A stretch of 64,000 bases of DNA from Rhodothermales bacterium (GCA_040904565.1 JBBDTI010000067.1:22567-86566); one strand, 5' to 3'; shown: positions 47,598 through 56,396, counted from the first letter of the stretch. The notes: generated from the sequence alone by a model not told the origin. Numbers and translations are program-made.

Positions 47598-48518
47598 ATG
47601 CATCTACGCGAGATATACGGCGGAAGGCGTCTCGCGCTGTACGCCGCGGCCGCCGTCCTCGGTGCAATTTTCATCGCCGGGTTCTGGAATTACCACCTCG
47701 TCGACGGTTTCGGGCGGGACGTGATCGCCGCCCCCGCACTGGGTAACACGTCGGACCTGGCCGGAGCCTATCCCGATCGGGGCATGGGCTTCGGCTTTAT
47801 CTTCGCGGCCATCGCCGGGCTGGCCGCCACCTTCACGGCCTGCAACTGCGTCGTGTTCGCCATGCTGCCCGGACTCGCCTGCTCCGTCGACTCGAATCGT
47901 TCGACGAAGGGCCCATGGATGGCGCTCGGTGCGTTCGTGGCCGGCGTCACCATCGTATGCGGCATCTACGGTGCCTTTATCGGCTTGCTCGGCTCGGGTG
48001 TAGAGCTGCTCAATGCGCGCAGCGTGCGGCTTGCGCAGGCGCGGATCGTTTTCACGGGACTGGGGGTCGCCATGCTCGTGTGGGGCATGGTGGAGCTTGG
48101 ATACCTGGATCGCGTCACGAACTGTTTTTCCGAGCGAGTACGCGCATTCTTCGGTAGTATTCAGACGAAGGCGGCCATCATCGGCGTGTTCGTCGGCCTT
48201 TTCGCCGTCGGGCGGCCCTTTCCCGTATTTCGAGAGTTTCTCTCCTATGCGGCGGGAGCGAACAATCCGCTTTATGGGGCGAGCGTCATGATGGTTCAAG
48301 GCCTCGGGCAGATCCTCGTTATGGTTCTGCTGTTCGTCGTCATGGTCGCTCTCGGCGGTCGGCGCCTCATGGAATGGTCGGCCGAAGCGCCACATAAGCC
48401 ACAGCTCATGAGCGGACTCGCGCTGCTGGCCGGCGGGGCCTTCTTCGTGTTTTACTGGGGCCTTTCGTTCGCAATGGATATCGGACGATGGGGATTCAAG
48501 TTAGGATGGTATGGATGA
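47598..48518 (+). CDS. Polytopic membrane protein (DsbD/CcdA-like topology, unassigned family)
   Basis: 306 aa with about 8 hydrophobic helices. Cys-containing helix FTACNCVVFAMLPGLAC. Its stop overlaps the next gene's ATG by 8 nt. Confidence 0.72.
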   Translation: MHLREIYGGRRLALYAAAAVLGAIFIAGFWNYHLVDGFGRDVIAAPALGNTSDLAGAYPDRGMGFGFIFAAIAGLAATFTACNCVVFAMLPGLACSVDSNRSTKGPWMALGAFVAGVTIVCGIYGAFIGLLGSGVELLNARSVRLAQARIVFTGLGVAMLVWGMVELGYLDRVTNCFSERVRAFFGSIQTKAAIIGVFVGLFAVGRPFPVFREFLSYAAGANNPLYGASVMMVQGLGQILVMVLLFVVMVALGGRRLMEWSAEAPHKPQLMSGLALLAGGAFFVFYWGLSFAMDIGRWGFKLGWYG

Positions 48519-49851
48519 GGACAACATGCATCAACACACCTACGTAGAGCGGGTCGTCGATCTCCTCGACCCGTCGCTGAACATCTTTCTGAACACGACG
48601 CCGGAAGCAGCCATCGAGGCAGTCGGTTCCGGCGATCTCGAGCGCGTCCGTGCGATAGACGGACAGTTCGCGATCGCGCATCGCGACGGCAAGACCGTAC
48701 GTATGGCACGTTCGATCGGCCGTCCCATGCGTTACTTTCTCGCAAAACGGGCGGAAGGCCCCTGTCTCGTGATCGCCGAGCGGATCGACGAGATCCGGCA
48801 TTTTCTCGAATCGGAGGGACTCGACGATCAGTTTCATCCGTCCTACACGCGGATGGTCCCGAGCCATCACCTGGTCGAGCTCGAACTGCTCGGCTGCCCC
48901 GATCCGAGTCCGACCTATTCGCGATTTTTCAGTCCGCGGCGCAACGTCCTCGAGGCCGACACCGCGTCCATCGGCGAAACGTACGTGCGTGCGCTGGCGG
49001 GCGCCTGCGACCGGTGGCTGAATACGATTCCGTCGGACGCGCCGATCGGCGTCCTGTTTTCCGGAGGTATCGACAGCGGGTCGGTATTTCTCGTCCTCTA
49101 CGATCTGCTGCTGAAGCGCGGCGAATCGCCTTCGCGATTGAAAGCCTTCACGCTTTCTGTTCAAGGGGGGACGGACGTCGACCAGGCCTTTTCTTTTCTT
49201 GACGCGCTCGATCTAGCCCTATTTCTGGAAGTGATCGAGGTGGATCCGCGGGATGTCGATTACCGCGAGGCCATTCGAGTCATCGAAGACTATAAGCCCC
49301 TCGACGTACAGGCCGCCGCCATGACGCTGGCGCTCTGCAAGGGTATTCGGGAGCGCTATCCCGACTGGACCTATCTGGTGGATGGGGATGGAGGGGACGA
49401 AAACCTGAAAGACTATCCCATCGAGGAGAATCCCGAACTGACCGTTCGGAGCGTGCTGAACAATCTGATGCTCTATCAGGAGGGATGGGGGGTCGACGCC
49501 GTCAAGCATTCCCTCACCTATTCGGGCGGACAGAGCCGGGGGCACGTGCGCACTTACGCGCCGGCTCGTACACACGGCTTCGTCGGTTTCAGTCCATATG
49601 CCCTCCCCGAAGTCATCGAGGTCGCGGAGGGTATTCCGTTCGTAGATCTGACGGAATGGGATCACGAGAGGCTGTACGCGCTCAAGGGTGAGGTCGTCTG
49701 CCAGGGCATTCATGCCGTCACTGGACTCGAAATGCCTGTCTTCGAAAAAGAGCGGTTCCAGCGCGGCGCCGTCGGGGACGGCCTGTTCGACCGGCTGTTT
49801 CCGGACCGAGAAGCCGTGTATCGCAAGACCTTCGCGTCGATCTTTGCCTGA
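48511..49851 (+). CDS. Asparagine-synthetase-B-like PP-loop ATP pyrophosphatase lacking the N-terminal Cys nucleophile
   Basis: PP-loop VLFSGGIDSGSV and DGDGGDENLKDY (AsnB GEGADELFGGY-like). The N-terminal domain is AsnB-glutaminase-like (AIDGQFAIAH...RMARSIGRPMRYF) but starts MDEDNM with no Cys2, as in beta-lactam-synthetase/CarA-type relatives. Confidence 0.83.
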   Translation: MDEDNMHQHTYVERVVDLLDPSLNIFLNTTPEAAIEAVGSGDLERVRAIDGQFAIAHRDGKTVRMARSIGRPMRYFLAKRAEGPCLVIAERIDEIRHFLESEGLDDQFHPSYTRMVPSHHLVELELLGCPDPSPTYSRFFSPRRNVLEADTASIGETYVRALAGACDRWLNTIPSDAPIGVLFSGGIDSGSVFLVLYDLLLKRGESPSRLKAFTLSVQGGTDVDQAFSFLDALDLALFLEVIEVDPRDVDYREAIRVIEDYKPLDVQAAAMTLALCKGIRERYPDWTYLVDGDGGDENLKDYPIEENPELTVRSVLNNLMLYQEGWGVDAVKHSLTYSGGQSRGHVRTYAPARTHGFVGFSPYALPEVIEVAEGIPFVDLTEWDHERLYALKGEVVCQGIHAVTGLEMPVFEKERFQRGAVGDGLFDRLFPDREAVYRKTFASIFA

Positions 49852-49856
49852 GGCAG

Positions 49857-50807
49857 GTGTTGACCATCCCGGATGTACAGATCACGGATCAGGATATTCT
49901 TTCGGCAAGGCCGCCGAAGGAAGCCGTCGATTCGCAGGTACCGTATGCCTGGCTGACCGAGCGCGAGCGGCGTGCGGACGGTCACGTCGATGACGTAGCG
50001 ACCGTCTTCCTCACCAACCGGGAGTGTCCCTTCCGGTGCCTGATGTGTGATCTGTGGAGGCACACGACGGATACCACGGTCGCCGTGGGCGACATACCGG
50101 CTCAAATCGATCATGCACTGGAGCGACTGCCGCCGGCGCGTCGGATCAAGCTGTACAACAGCGGTAATTTTTTCGATAGAAAGGCCATTCCGCCCGCGGA
50201 CTATTCGGCGATAGCGGAGCGGCTGGAAGCCTTCGAGGCGGTAATCGTCGAGAACCACCCGCGCCTGTGCGGACCGTCCTGTCTCGAATTCCGCGACCTG
50301 CTGTCAGGGCGACTTGAGATTGCGCTGGGCCTGGAGACCGCGCATCCCGAGGTCCTCGAACGGCTCAATAAGCGCATGACGCTGGACGATTTTCGCCGGG
50401 CCGCGGACTATCTTCTCGACGCCGGCATCGCCGTCCGTACCTTCATTCTCCTCCGCCCGCCCTTTCTGTCGGAAGCGGAAGGCGTCGATTGGGCGCTTAG
50501 ATCGATCGAATTCGCGTTCGACGCGGGCGTGACGTGCTGTTCCGTTATTCCGACGCGCTCAGGCAACGGCATCATGGACCGGTTGGAACGTGAGGGACCG
50601 TTTCGTCCGCCCTCCATGTCGTCCATCGAGACCGTTCTGGAACGGGGCATCGAAATGGGTCGAGAGCGCGTGTTTATGGACGTGTGGGACCTGGAACGCT
50701 TCTTTGACTGCGGAGAATGTGGACCCGCCCGGCGCGCGCGTCTCGAGCAGATGAACCTCACGCAGCGCATTGTGCCGCCCGTTCGCTGTTCGTGTGGCGA
50801 TCGATAA
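49857..50807 (+). CDS. Radical SAM enzyme (CX3CX2C), TIGR01210/RaSEA-like by eye
   Basis: CPFRCLMC at aa 57-64 (nt 50025-50048). IKLYNSGNFFD and LGLETAHPEVLERLNKRMT are typical radical-SAM TIM-barrel segments. Extra C-terminal Cys cluster CGECG...CSCG. GTG start 5 nt after the upstream stop. Confidence 0.87.
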   Translation: MLTIPDVQITDQDILSARPPKEAVDSQVPYAWLTERERRADGHVDDVATVFLTNRECPFRCLMCDLWRHTTDTTVAVGDIPAQIDHALERLPPARRIKLYNSGNFFDRKAIPPADYSAIAERLEAFEAVIVENHPRLCGPSCLEFRDLLSGRLEIALGLETAHPEVLERLNKRMTLDDFRRAADYLLDAGIAVRTFILLRPPFLSEAEGVDWALRSIEFAFDAGVTCCSVIPTRSGNGIMDRLEREGPFRPPSMSSIETVLERGIEMGRERVFMDVWDLERFFDCGECGPARRARLEQMNLTQRIVPPVRCSCGDR

Positions 50808-50811
50808 GGGC

Positions 50812-52290
50812 ATGCGCGTCGACCTGGTCATACTGGGCTCCGGATTCGGAGGCAGCGTGTGCGCGCTCATAGCCGACCGGATCGGCCTGAAGACGGTACT
50901 CATCGACCGCGCTACGCACCCCAGATTCGCGATCGGCGAATCGTCGACCCCGATCGCCGACATGATCCTGCGCGACCTCGCCCGGCGGTACGACCTGCCG
51001 AGGCTCGCGCCGCTGTCGACCTGGGGGAGCTGGCAGCGAACCTATCCGGATGTGCTCGGCGGCATCAAACGGGGCTTCAGCTATTTTCGCCACGAGCCGG
51101 GCGAGCGGTTCCGACCGACGCCGGGCCACGATACGGAACTGCTCGTTGCGGCCAGCGCGAGTGACGATCAGTCGGACGCGCAGTGGTATCGCGCGGACGT
51201 AGATGCGTTCTTTGCTGAGGAAGTGCGGCGCGCCGGGATCGCGTTCATGGAGGGCGTCACGGTCGAACCCGTTCGCCGATCGAATGCATGGCACTTCCAG
51301 GGCGTCGATGTAGAGGCCGACTTCGTCATCGACGCTACCGGGGCGGGAGGAGCACTCTCGGATGTCGTCGGGGCCGGAAGCGGAGCGCCGATGCAAACCC
51401 GAACGCGGGCCGTCTTCTCGCATTTTACGGGAGTTCGGCGCTGGCTCGATGCGCTCGCAGACCTCGGTGCGCGCGTTGGCGACTACCCGTTCGATCCGGA
51501 TCACGCCGCGCTTCACCATGTGTTCGACAATGGGTGGATGTGGATGCTGCGGTTCGAGAATGAGGTCGTCAGTGCCGGACTCGTGCTGGATGAGTCCAAG
51601 CGTCAAAAGTCGCATTTCGCAGATACGGTTCCCAGGGCCGTGTGGGACGAACACCTCGCCCGTCATCCATCGATCCGCGATCTGTTCGCCGGGGCACGGC
51701 AGGCGTCGTCACCCGGTCGCCTCATCGCGACGCGGAGGTTGCAGCGGCGCGTCGCGCAGGCGGCTGGACCGACCTGGGCGATGCTGCCGCATACGGCCGG
51801 GTTCGTGGACCCGCTCCACAGCTCGGGCATCGCACACACGCTCAGTGGCGTGGAGCGATTGATGGCCGCCCTGGAGAGCCATTGGGGACGCCCCACGCTG
51901 CGTGAGGCCATGGATCGATACCAGGGATCTGTCCTCCAGGAGATCGAGTGGATCGATCAGCTCGTCTCCCTGTGTTACGGCTCCCTGGATTCGTTCGAAC
52001 GGTGGACGGCTAGCACGATGCCCTACTTTGCCGCGGCGACGACGTACGAGCGCGAGCGCGTCGACGGTCGGCATCTCGACCGCCTGTTTCTCCTGGCCGA
52101 CGAGGATCGGTTGCTCGACGTCGTGCGGGGTGCGCATCTTCGGCTGGAGCAAAAGGTGGCCGACTACGCGTCCTGGCTGGCGGACATGCTGGAACCGTAC
52201 AACCGCGTCGGCCTCTTCCGTCCGCGTATCCCGAACATGTACGAACACACGGCGGCATATAAGGCGTCTCCGGGTCGAGCCGGCGCATAG
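50812..52290 (+). CDS. FAD-dependent oxidoreductase of the flavin-dependent halogenase / monooxygenase-like type
   Basis: N-terminal dinucleotide motif VDLVILGSGFGGS, AIGESSTP, GGIKRGFSYF, and GWMWMLRF (resembles the halogenase WxWxIP motif). ATG is 4 nt after the radical-SAM stop. Confidence 0.82.
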   Translation: MRVDLVILGSGFGGSVCALIADRIGLKTVLIDRATHPRFAIGESSTPIADMILRDLARRYDLPRLAPLSTWGSWQRTYPDVLGGIKRGFSYFRHEPGERFRPTPGHDTELLVAASASDDQSDAQWYRADVDAFFAEEVRRAGIAFMEGVTVEPVRRSNAWHFQGVDVEADFVIDATGAGGALSDVVGAGSGAPMQTRTRAVFSHFTGVRRWLDALADLGARVGDYPFDPDHAALHHVFDNGWMWMLRFENEVVSAGLVLDESKRQKSHFADTVPRAVWDEHLARHPSIRDLFAGARQASSPGRLIATRRLQRRVAQAAGPTWAMLPHTAGFVDPLHSSGIAHTLSGVERLMAALESHWGRPTLREAMDRYQGSVLQEIEWIDQLVSLCYGSLDSFERWTASTMPYFAAATTYERERVDGRHLDRLFLLADEDRLLDVVRGAHLRLEQKVADYASWLADMLEPYNRVGLFRPRIPNMYEHTAAYKASPGRAGA

Positions 52291-52388
52291 GCCGAGCTAC
52301 TTCTGGAGAACGCTTCCACCTACGGAGAGAAACGCGGCGCAGCGGGTCGATGGTATCGCACGCAGTGGCATCTGTACGACCGTTGGTA

Positions 52389-53483
52389 TCAGAGCCAGCC
52401 CCGTCGACGAAAAAACACGAACATCGTGAGTGCGACGCCGGACATGAGAGTGAGCGCGAATGGATAGCCGAAATACCACTCCAGTTCGGGCATATTCAGG
52501 GGGGAGGCGGCGGGGTCGAAGTTCATTCCGTAAACGGACGCGATGAACGACAGCGGGAGGAAGAACGTCGCAATGACGGCCAGCATTTTCATGATGTCGT
52601 TCATGCGGAAGGAGAGAGCCGACAGATGGATGTCGCCCAGAGAACTCAGGATCTCGCGTGCCGCCTCCGTCATCTCCGCCGCTCGGATGGCGTGATCGTA
52701 GACGTCGCGGAAGTAATGGTCCGTTTCGGCCGCAATGAATGGCAGTTCGCTGCGTTCGAGGGCGGATGCCACGTCGCGCAGTGGCCAGATCGATCGACGA
52801 AGCGTCATGATCCGACGCCGCATCGCGTTGATCTGCTGCATCATCTCCGGATGCGGTTCCGATGCCACCACGTCTTCCAGCGCTTCGATGTGCTCGCCGA
52901 GCCCTTCCAGCACCGCCATATACTGGTCGACGATGACGTCGATCAGGGCGTAGGCAAGGTAGTCCGCTCCCGATCGTCGGATGCGGCCGCGATGTTCGCG
53001 CAGCCAGGCGCGAACCGGTTCGAACGCATCGCCTTCCATCGTCTCCTGAAACGAGATGACGAACCCTTTTCCGAAGATCAGGCTCACCTGTTCGGGATGC
53101 AGTTCCGCCGATTCGTGATCGTAGTGCAACATCTGAAGAACGACGAAGACATATCCTTCGTATTCCTCCATCTTGGGTCGTTGGTGCGTATGGAGGATAT
53201 CCTCCAGGGTGAGGTCGTGTACGCCGAAGCTCGTGCCGATCTCGCGGAGGATCTCCACGTCGTGAATGCCGTCAACGTCAATCCACGAAACGGTATCCGC
53301 GTCGCGGTATGCACCGACCGCGGCGCCGGTTTCGAGTTCGGTCTCCTCGAGATGCTGGTCGTCGTAATCGTAGACGCGAATGCGAACGGCTTCGGACGAA
53401 GCCGGACCCGTGTAATGAAGCGTTCCGGGTGGCAGACTGCGGGCAGTCGGATTCGTCTGACGAATGCGTTTGAAGTTGAGCAC
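52389..53483 (-). CDS. corA: Magnesium/cobalt transporter CorA
   Basis: LPPGTLHYTG N-terminus and the YGMNF signature (SVYGMNFD) before the last TM. Overall collinear with T. maritima CorA. GTG 53483 preferred; the longer ORF to 53669 is rejected. Confidence 0.92.
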   Translation of the reverse strand: MLNFKRIRQTNPTARSLPPGTLHYTGPASSEAVRIRVYDYDDQHLEETELETGAAVGAYRDADTVSWIDVDGIHDVEILREIGTSFGVHDLTLEDILHTHQRPKMEEYEGYVFVVLQMLHYDHESAELHPEQVSLIFGKGFVISFQETMEGDAFEPVRAWLREHRGRIRRSGADYLAYALIDVIVDQYMAVLEGLGEHIEALEDVVASEPHPEMMQQINAMRRRIMTLRRSIWPLRDVASALERSELPFIAAETDHYFRDVYDHAIRAAEMTEAAREILSSLGDIHLSALSFRMNDIMKMLAVIATFFLPLSFIASVYGMNFDPAASPLNMPELEWYFGYPFALTLMSGVALTMFVFFRRRGWL

Positions 53484-53600
53484 GTCTGATGGCCTCCTGT
53501 ATCGTGGTCGATGACGTCGGTCTGCGGTGAAAGGTTGGATCCCGCGCTTTCCATGGAACACGCGCGCAGGGGGGCTCAGTTTCGCAACGTCTTCCATTCC

Positions 53601-53674
53601 GCAGCGCCGAACCACCCCGCGGGGCAACACGATACCGGAGCGCCGAACCATCCCGCTGCAGCGAACCACCCCGC
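53601..53674. repeat. Three direct copies of a 14-16 nt motif (GC)CGAACCA(C/T)CCCGC in the corA / ydjM-like divergent intergenic region
   Basis: Copies at 53605-53620, 53641-53656 and 53661-53674. Copies 1 and 3 are both preceded by GCAG. Read directly. Confidence 0.75.
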
Positions 53675-53767
53675 TGTGGCGATGTATCTACTTATCGGGC
53701 GGACGGTCGTGGAGATATGCGGCCGCATTTCGCGCTACAGCGCATCATCTTTTCTCCTACCACGCAT

Positions 53768-54796
53768 ATGGATCCACTCACGCAAGGCCTGCTGGGTGCG
53801 GCAGCGTCTCAAGCGCTACTCGGTGAGCGACTCGGGCGGACGGCCTGGATGATCGGCGCTTTCGGAGGCATGCTCCCCGACGCCGACGTGTTCATTCGGA
53901 GCGCGGAAGATCCACTGCTGGAAGTGGAAGTCCATCGCGGGTTTACGCATGCCCTCTCGTTCATCCCTATTGGTGGCGTGATGGCCGGCGCACCGTGGCT
54001 CATTCGAGCTAGATATCGAGAACAGTGGAGGGCCGTGCTTGGAGCGGGCCTCGTCGGATATGGGACGCACGGACTGCTTGACGCGTGCACCACCTACGGC
54101 ACACAGCTCCTCTGGCCGTTCTCATCCCTGCGCACGGCATGGAACTGCATTTCTATCGTGGATCCGATCTTTACGCTTATTTTGCTGGTCGGCGTCATAT
54201 GGGCGGCCCGCGCCCGCCGCGGCCTGCCGGCGAGTATGGCAATAGGCCTGTGTATGCTGTATCTCGGCCTGGGGATCGTTCAGCGAGAGCGGGCATACGC
54301 CGCCCAGGAGCACATCGCACACGTGCGTGGGCACGAGCCGTCACGCCGTGCCGTGTTTCCAACGATCGGAAATCTGGTCGTCTGGCGGTCGCTGTATGAA
54401 GATAGGGGACATCTGTATGCCGATCGCATCCGCGTGGCACCGGTACATTCGCCGACGTGGGCTCCAGGATCGTCCGTTGAGGCATTGACGGCAGCTGAGT
54501 TTGCGACGGAAAGGCACGTGTCGGACCGCGTCCTCCATGATTTCGAACGATTCAGCTGGTTCTCGAACGGATGGACGGCGCGATCGCCCGTCGACTCGAC
54601 GTTCATCGGGGACGCCCGGTATTCCCTCAAGATGGAACGCTTCGATCCCATTTGGGGCGTTCGCTTCGATCCCGGGGGAAGCCCGCCTACCGAATGGGTG
54701 AATCGGACCGATGCGCGTGAGATGCGTCTGGATGCACTCTGGAGCGAAATCACCGGATTGGGTGCCGGCTACAGGCCGATGACGGCGCCGCGCTAG
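53768..54796 (+). CDS. Membrane-bound metal-dependent hydrolase (YdjM / DUF457-like)
   Basis: MDPLTQGLLGAA...GMLPDADVFI...HRGFTHAL...THGLLDACTTYGTQLLWPFS is typical of the YdjM family. ATG 53768 preferred. Confidence 0.8.
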   Translation: MDPLTQGLLGAAASQALLGERLGRTAWMIGAFGGMLPDADVFIRSAEDPLLEVEVHRGFTHALSFIPIGGVMAGAPWLIRARYREQWRAVLGAGLVGYGTHGLLDACTTYGTQLLWPFSSLRTAWNCISIVDPIFTLILLVGVIWAARARRGLPASMAIGLCMLYLGLGIVQRERAYAAQEHIAHVRGHEPSRRAVFPTIGNLVVWRSLYEDRGHLYADRIRVAPVHSPTWAPGSSVEALTAAEFATERHVSDRVLHDFERFSWFSNGWTARSPVDSTFIGDARYSLKMERFDPIWGVRFDPGGSPPTEWVNRTDAREMRLDALWSEITGLGAGYRPMTAPR

Positions 54797-54846
54797 CAGG
54801 TGATCGAAGCCCTGGAGGGGCTCGTGAGAGGGCGTCGGGGACGCCG

Positions 54847-55944
54847 TTAGACGGCCGTCGTACGGAGGTCTGACGTCGTATGAAAGGGCAGCGAGATCTC
54901 GGCGATGCACCCGGACGGGTCGTTCGAACGGAGGACGAAGGCGTAATCGTCGCCGTAGATGCCTTCCAGCCGTTCTCGCGTATTGCGGAGGCCGAGACCC
55001 TCGTATTCGTCCATATCGTCATCAGCGCACCCCGGCCCGTTGTCGGCGACCTGCAGGACGAGCCGGGGCCCGACCCGTCGTGCACGGACTTCGATCAGAC
55101 CTCCTTCGCTTCGCGTGCTGACGCCATGCTCGATGGCATTCTCGACCAGCGGCTGAAGGATTAGATTAGGTATCAGCGCTTCCCGCGTCTCGGGAGCAAT
55201 TTCGTACGACACTTGGAGCGAGTCCGGGAATCGAATAGTCTGGATTTCCAGGTAGCCCTCGATGAAGTGCAGCTCCTGATCGAGCGGTACTTCTCTGACG
55301 TCGTTCATTTCGAGAGAGTACCGCAGCAGTTCGCTCAACCGGGCGATCATGCGGCGAACGGCACGCGGATCGCGCTCGAGATGCGTCGATATCGAATGGA
55401 GCGTGTTGAAGAGAAAATGTGGATTGATCTGCATCCGCAGCGCGCGGAGGCGTGCTTCGGCAAGCTGCGCACGGAGCCAGCCGGCCTCTTCGCGCCGCTC
55501 CCGGTACTTGAAGAAATATTCCCGGGCCACACCGGCTCCAACGATGGCAACGTACATGATCAGCTCATCCATGAAGCGGAAATTCAGGAGGGCGCGGGTC
55601 CACGAAAACGACCACGATCTCCCCGTCGCCACCAGACTGTGAAACGTGGCGTGTCCGAGCGAATTCATAAAGACGGCGGCGCAGACGGCCACGAGTACGT
55701 GCAGCGCGATGTGGGCGGCAACGGGACCTCCTTCGAAGCCGAAGCGGCGTACGAGCCAGAATATGGCGGGTGTCATCACTGCCCATATGCCGTAGATGAG
55801 CGCGGCATGCAGAGCTTCTCCCGGCAGCAGGCGCCCCATCTCCCCGTAACGGGGATCAAAGGCTCTATACGCTATCGCGAACAGTGCGATAGTGGTCCAG
55901 AATGCGACGATCGCGCCGCGTTCAATCCAACGATATTTATGCAT
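54847..55944 (-). CDS. LytS/YehU-type sensor histidine kinase
   Basis: N-terminal TM helices. His_kinase motif QINPHFLFNTLHSI. HATPase_c_5-like LILQPLVENAIEHG...DNGPG. No LytTR regulator adjacent. Confidence 0.88.
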   Translation of the reverse strand: MHKYRWIERGAIVAFWTTIALFAIAYRAFDPRYGEMGRLLPGEALHAALIYGIWAVMTPAIFWLVRRFGFEGGPVAAHIALHVLVAVCAAVFMNSLGHATFHSLVATGRSWSFSWTRALLNFRFMDELIMYVAIVGAGVAREYFFKYRERREEAGWLRAQLAEARLRALRMQINPHFLFNTLHSISTHLERDPRAVRRMIARLSELLRYSLEMNDVREVPLDQELHFIEGYLEIQTIRFPDSLQVSYEIAPETREALIPNLILQPLVENAIEHGVSTRSEGGLIEVRARRVGPRLVLQVADNGPGCADDDMDEYEGLGLRNTRERLEGIYGDDYAFVLRSNDPSGCIAEISLPFHTTSDLRTTAV

Positions 55945-56396
55945 GTCGATGCGACGAAGGAGTTCCTCCGGCGCAGTCTATTCGGAACGTCGGGTGGGTC
56001 GTAGGGTCGGTCCGGCAGGCAGGTGCCGGGCAACATGTATTGACTACGACGCGCGATAGAAAAGAATTCCACCCATTCTATGGGTCGCACGTCACTGTAC
56101 ATGAGTGGCACAAAATCAAGGCAGATGGGTGGTTCTATCACTCTTCCCAGGGCTCGTCACACTTGCGCGGCGCGACGAGCGGCATAGACGAGCATTCAGC
56201 CGCAATCTTGTCCTCGAGATGGGTCAGGCCGATCCTCAGTCGCGTTCGCTCCCCGAAATTCGAAACGTGTTCGGATCGTTTCAATTTCCGTCTCTTGGAG
56301 ATTGTCTATCGGGTCACGTACCGCTACCTTGTGTGGGAATTAGTTGCGGTTTCCCCAGCCGCGTTCCTCACGATAAGAATAGCCGGACTCTGTGCG

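Noticed and set aside
52350-53489. 379-aa plus-strand ORF
   Set aside because: It is antisense to corA, whose frame carries the YGMNF signature and is collinear with characterised CorA.
53484-53669. 62-codon N-terminal extension of the corA ORF (MVRCSGMVRRSGIV...)
   Set aside because: The repetitive peptide is simply the translation of the DNA direct repeats. Characterised CorA proteins begin about 10-20 aa before the LPPGTL motif, which matches GTG 53483. I treat the extension as regulatory DNA.
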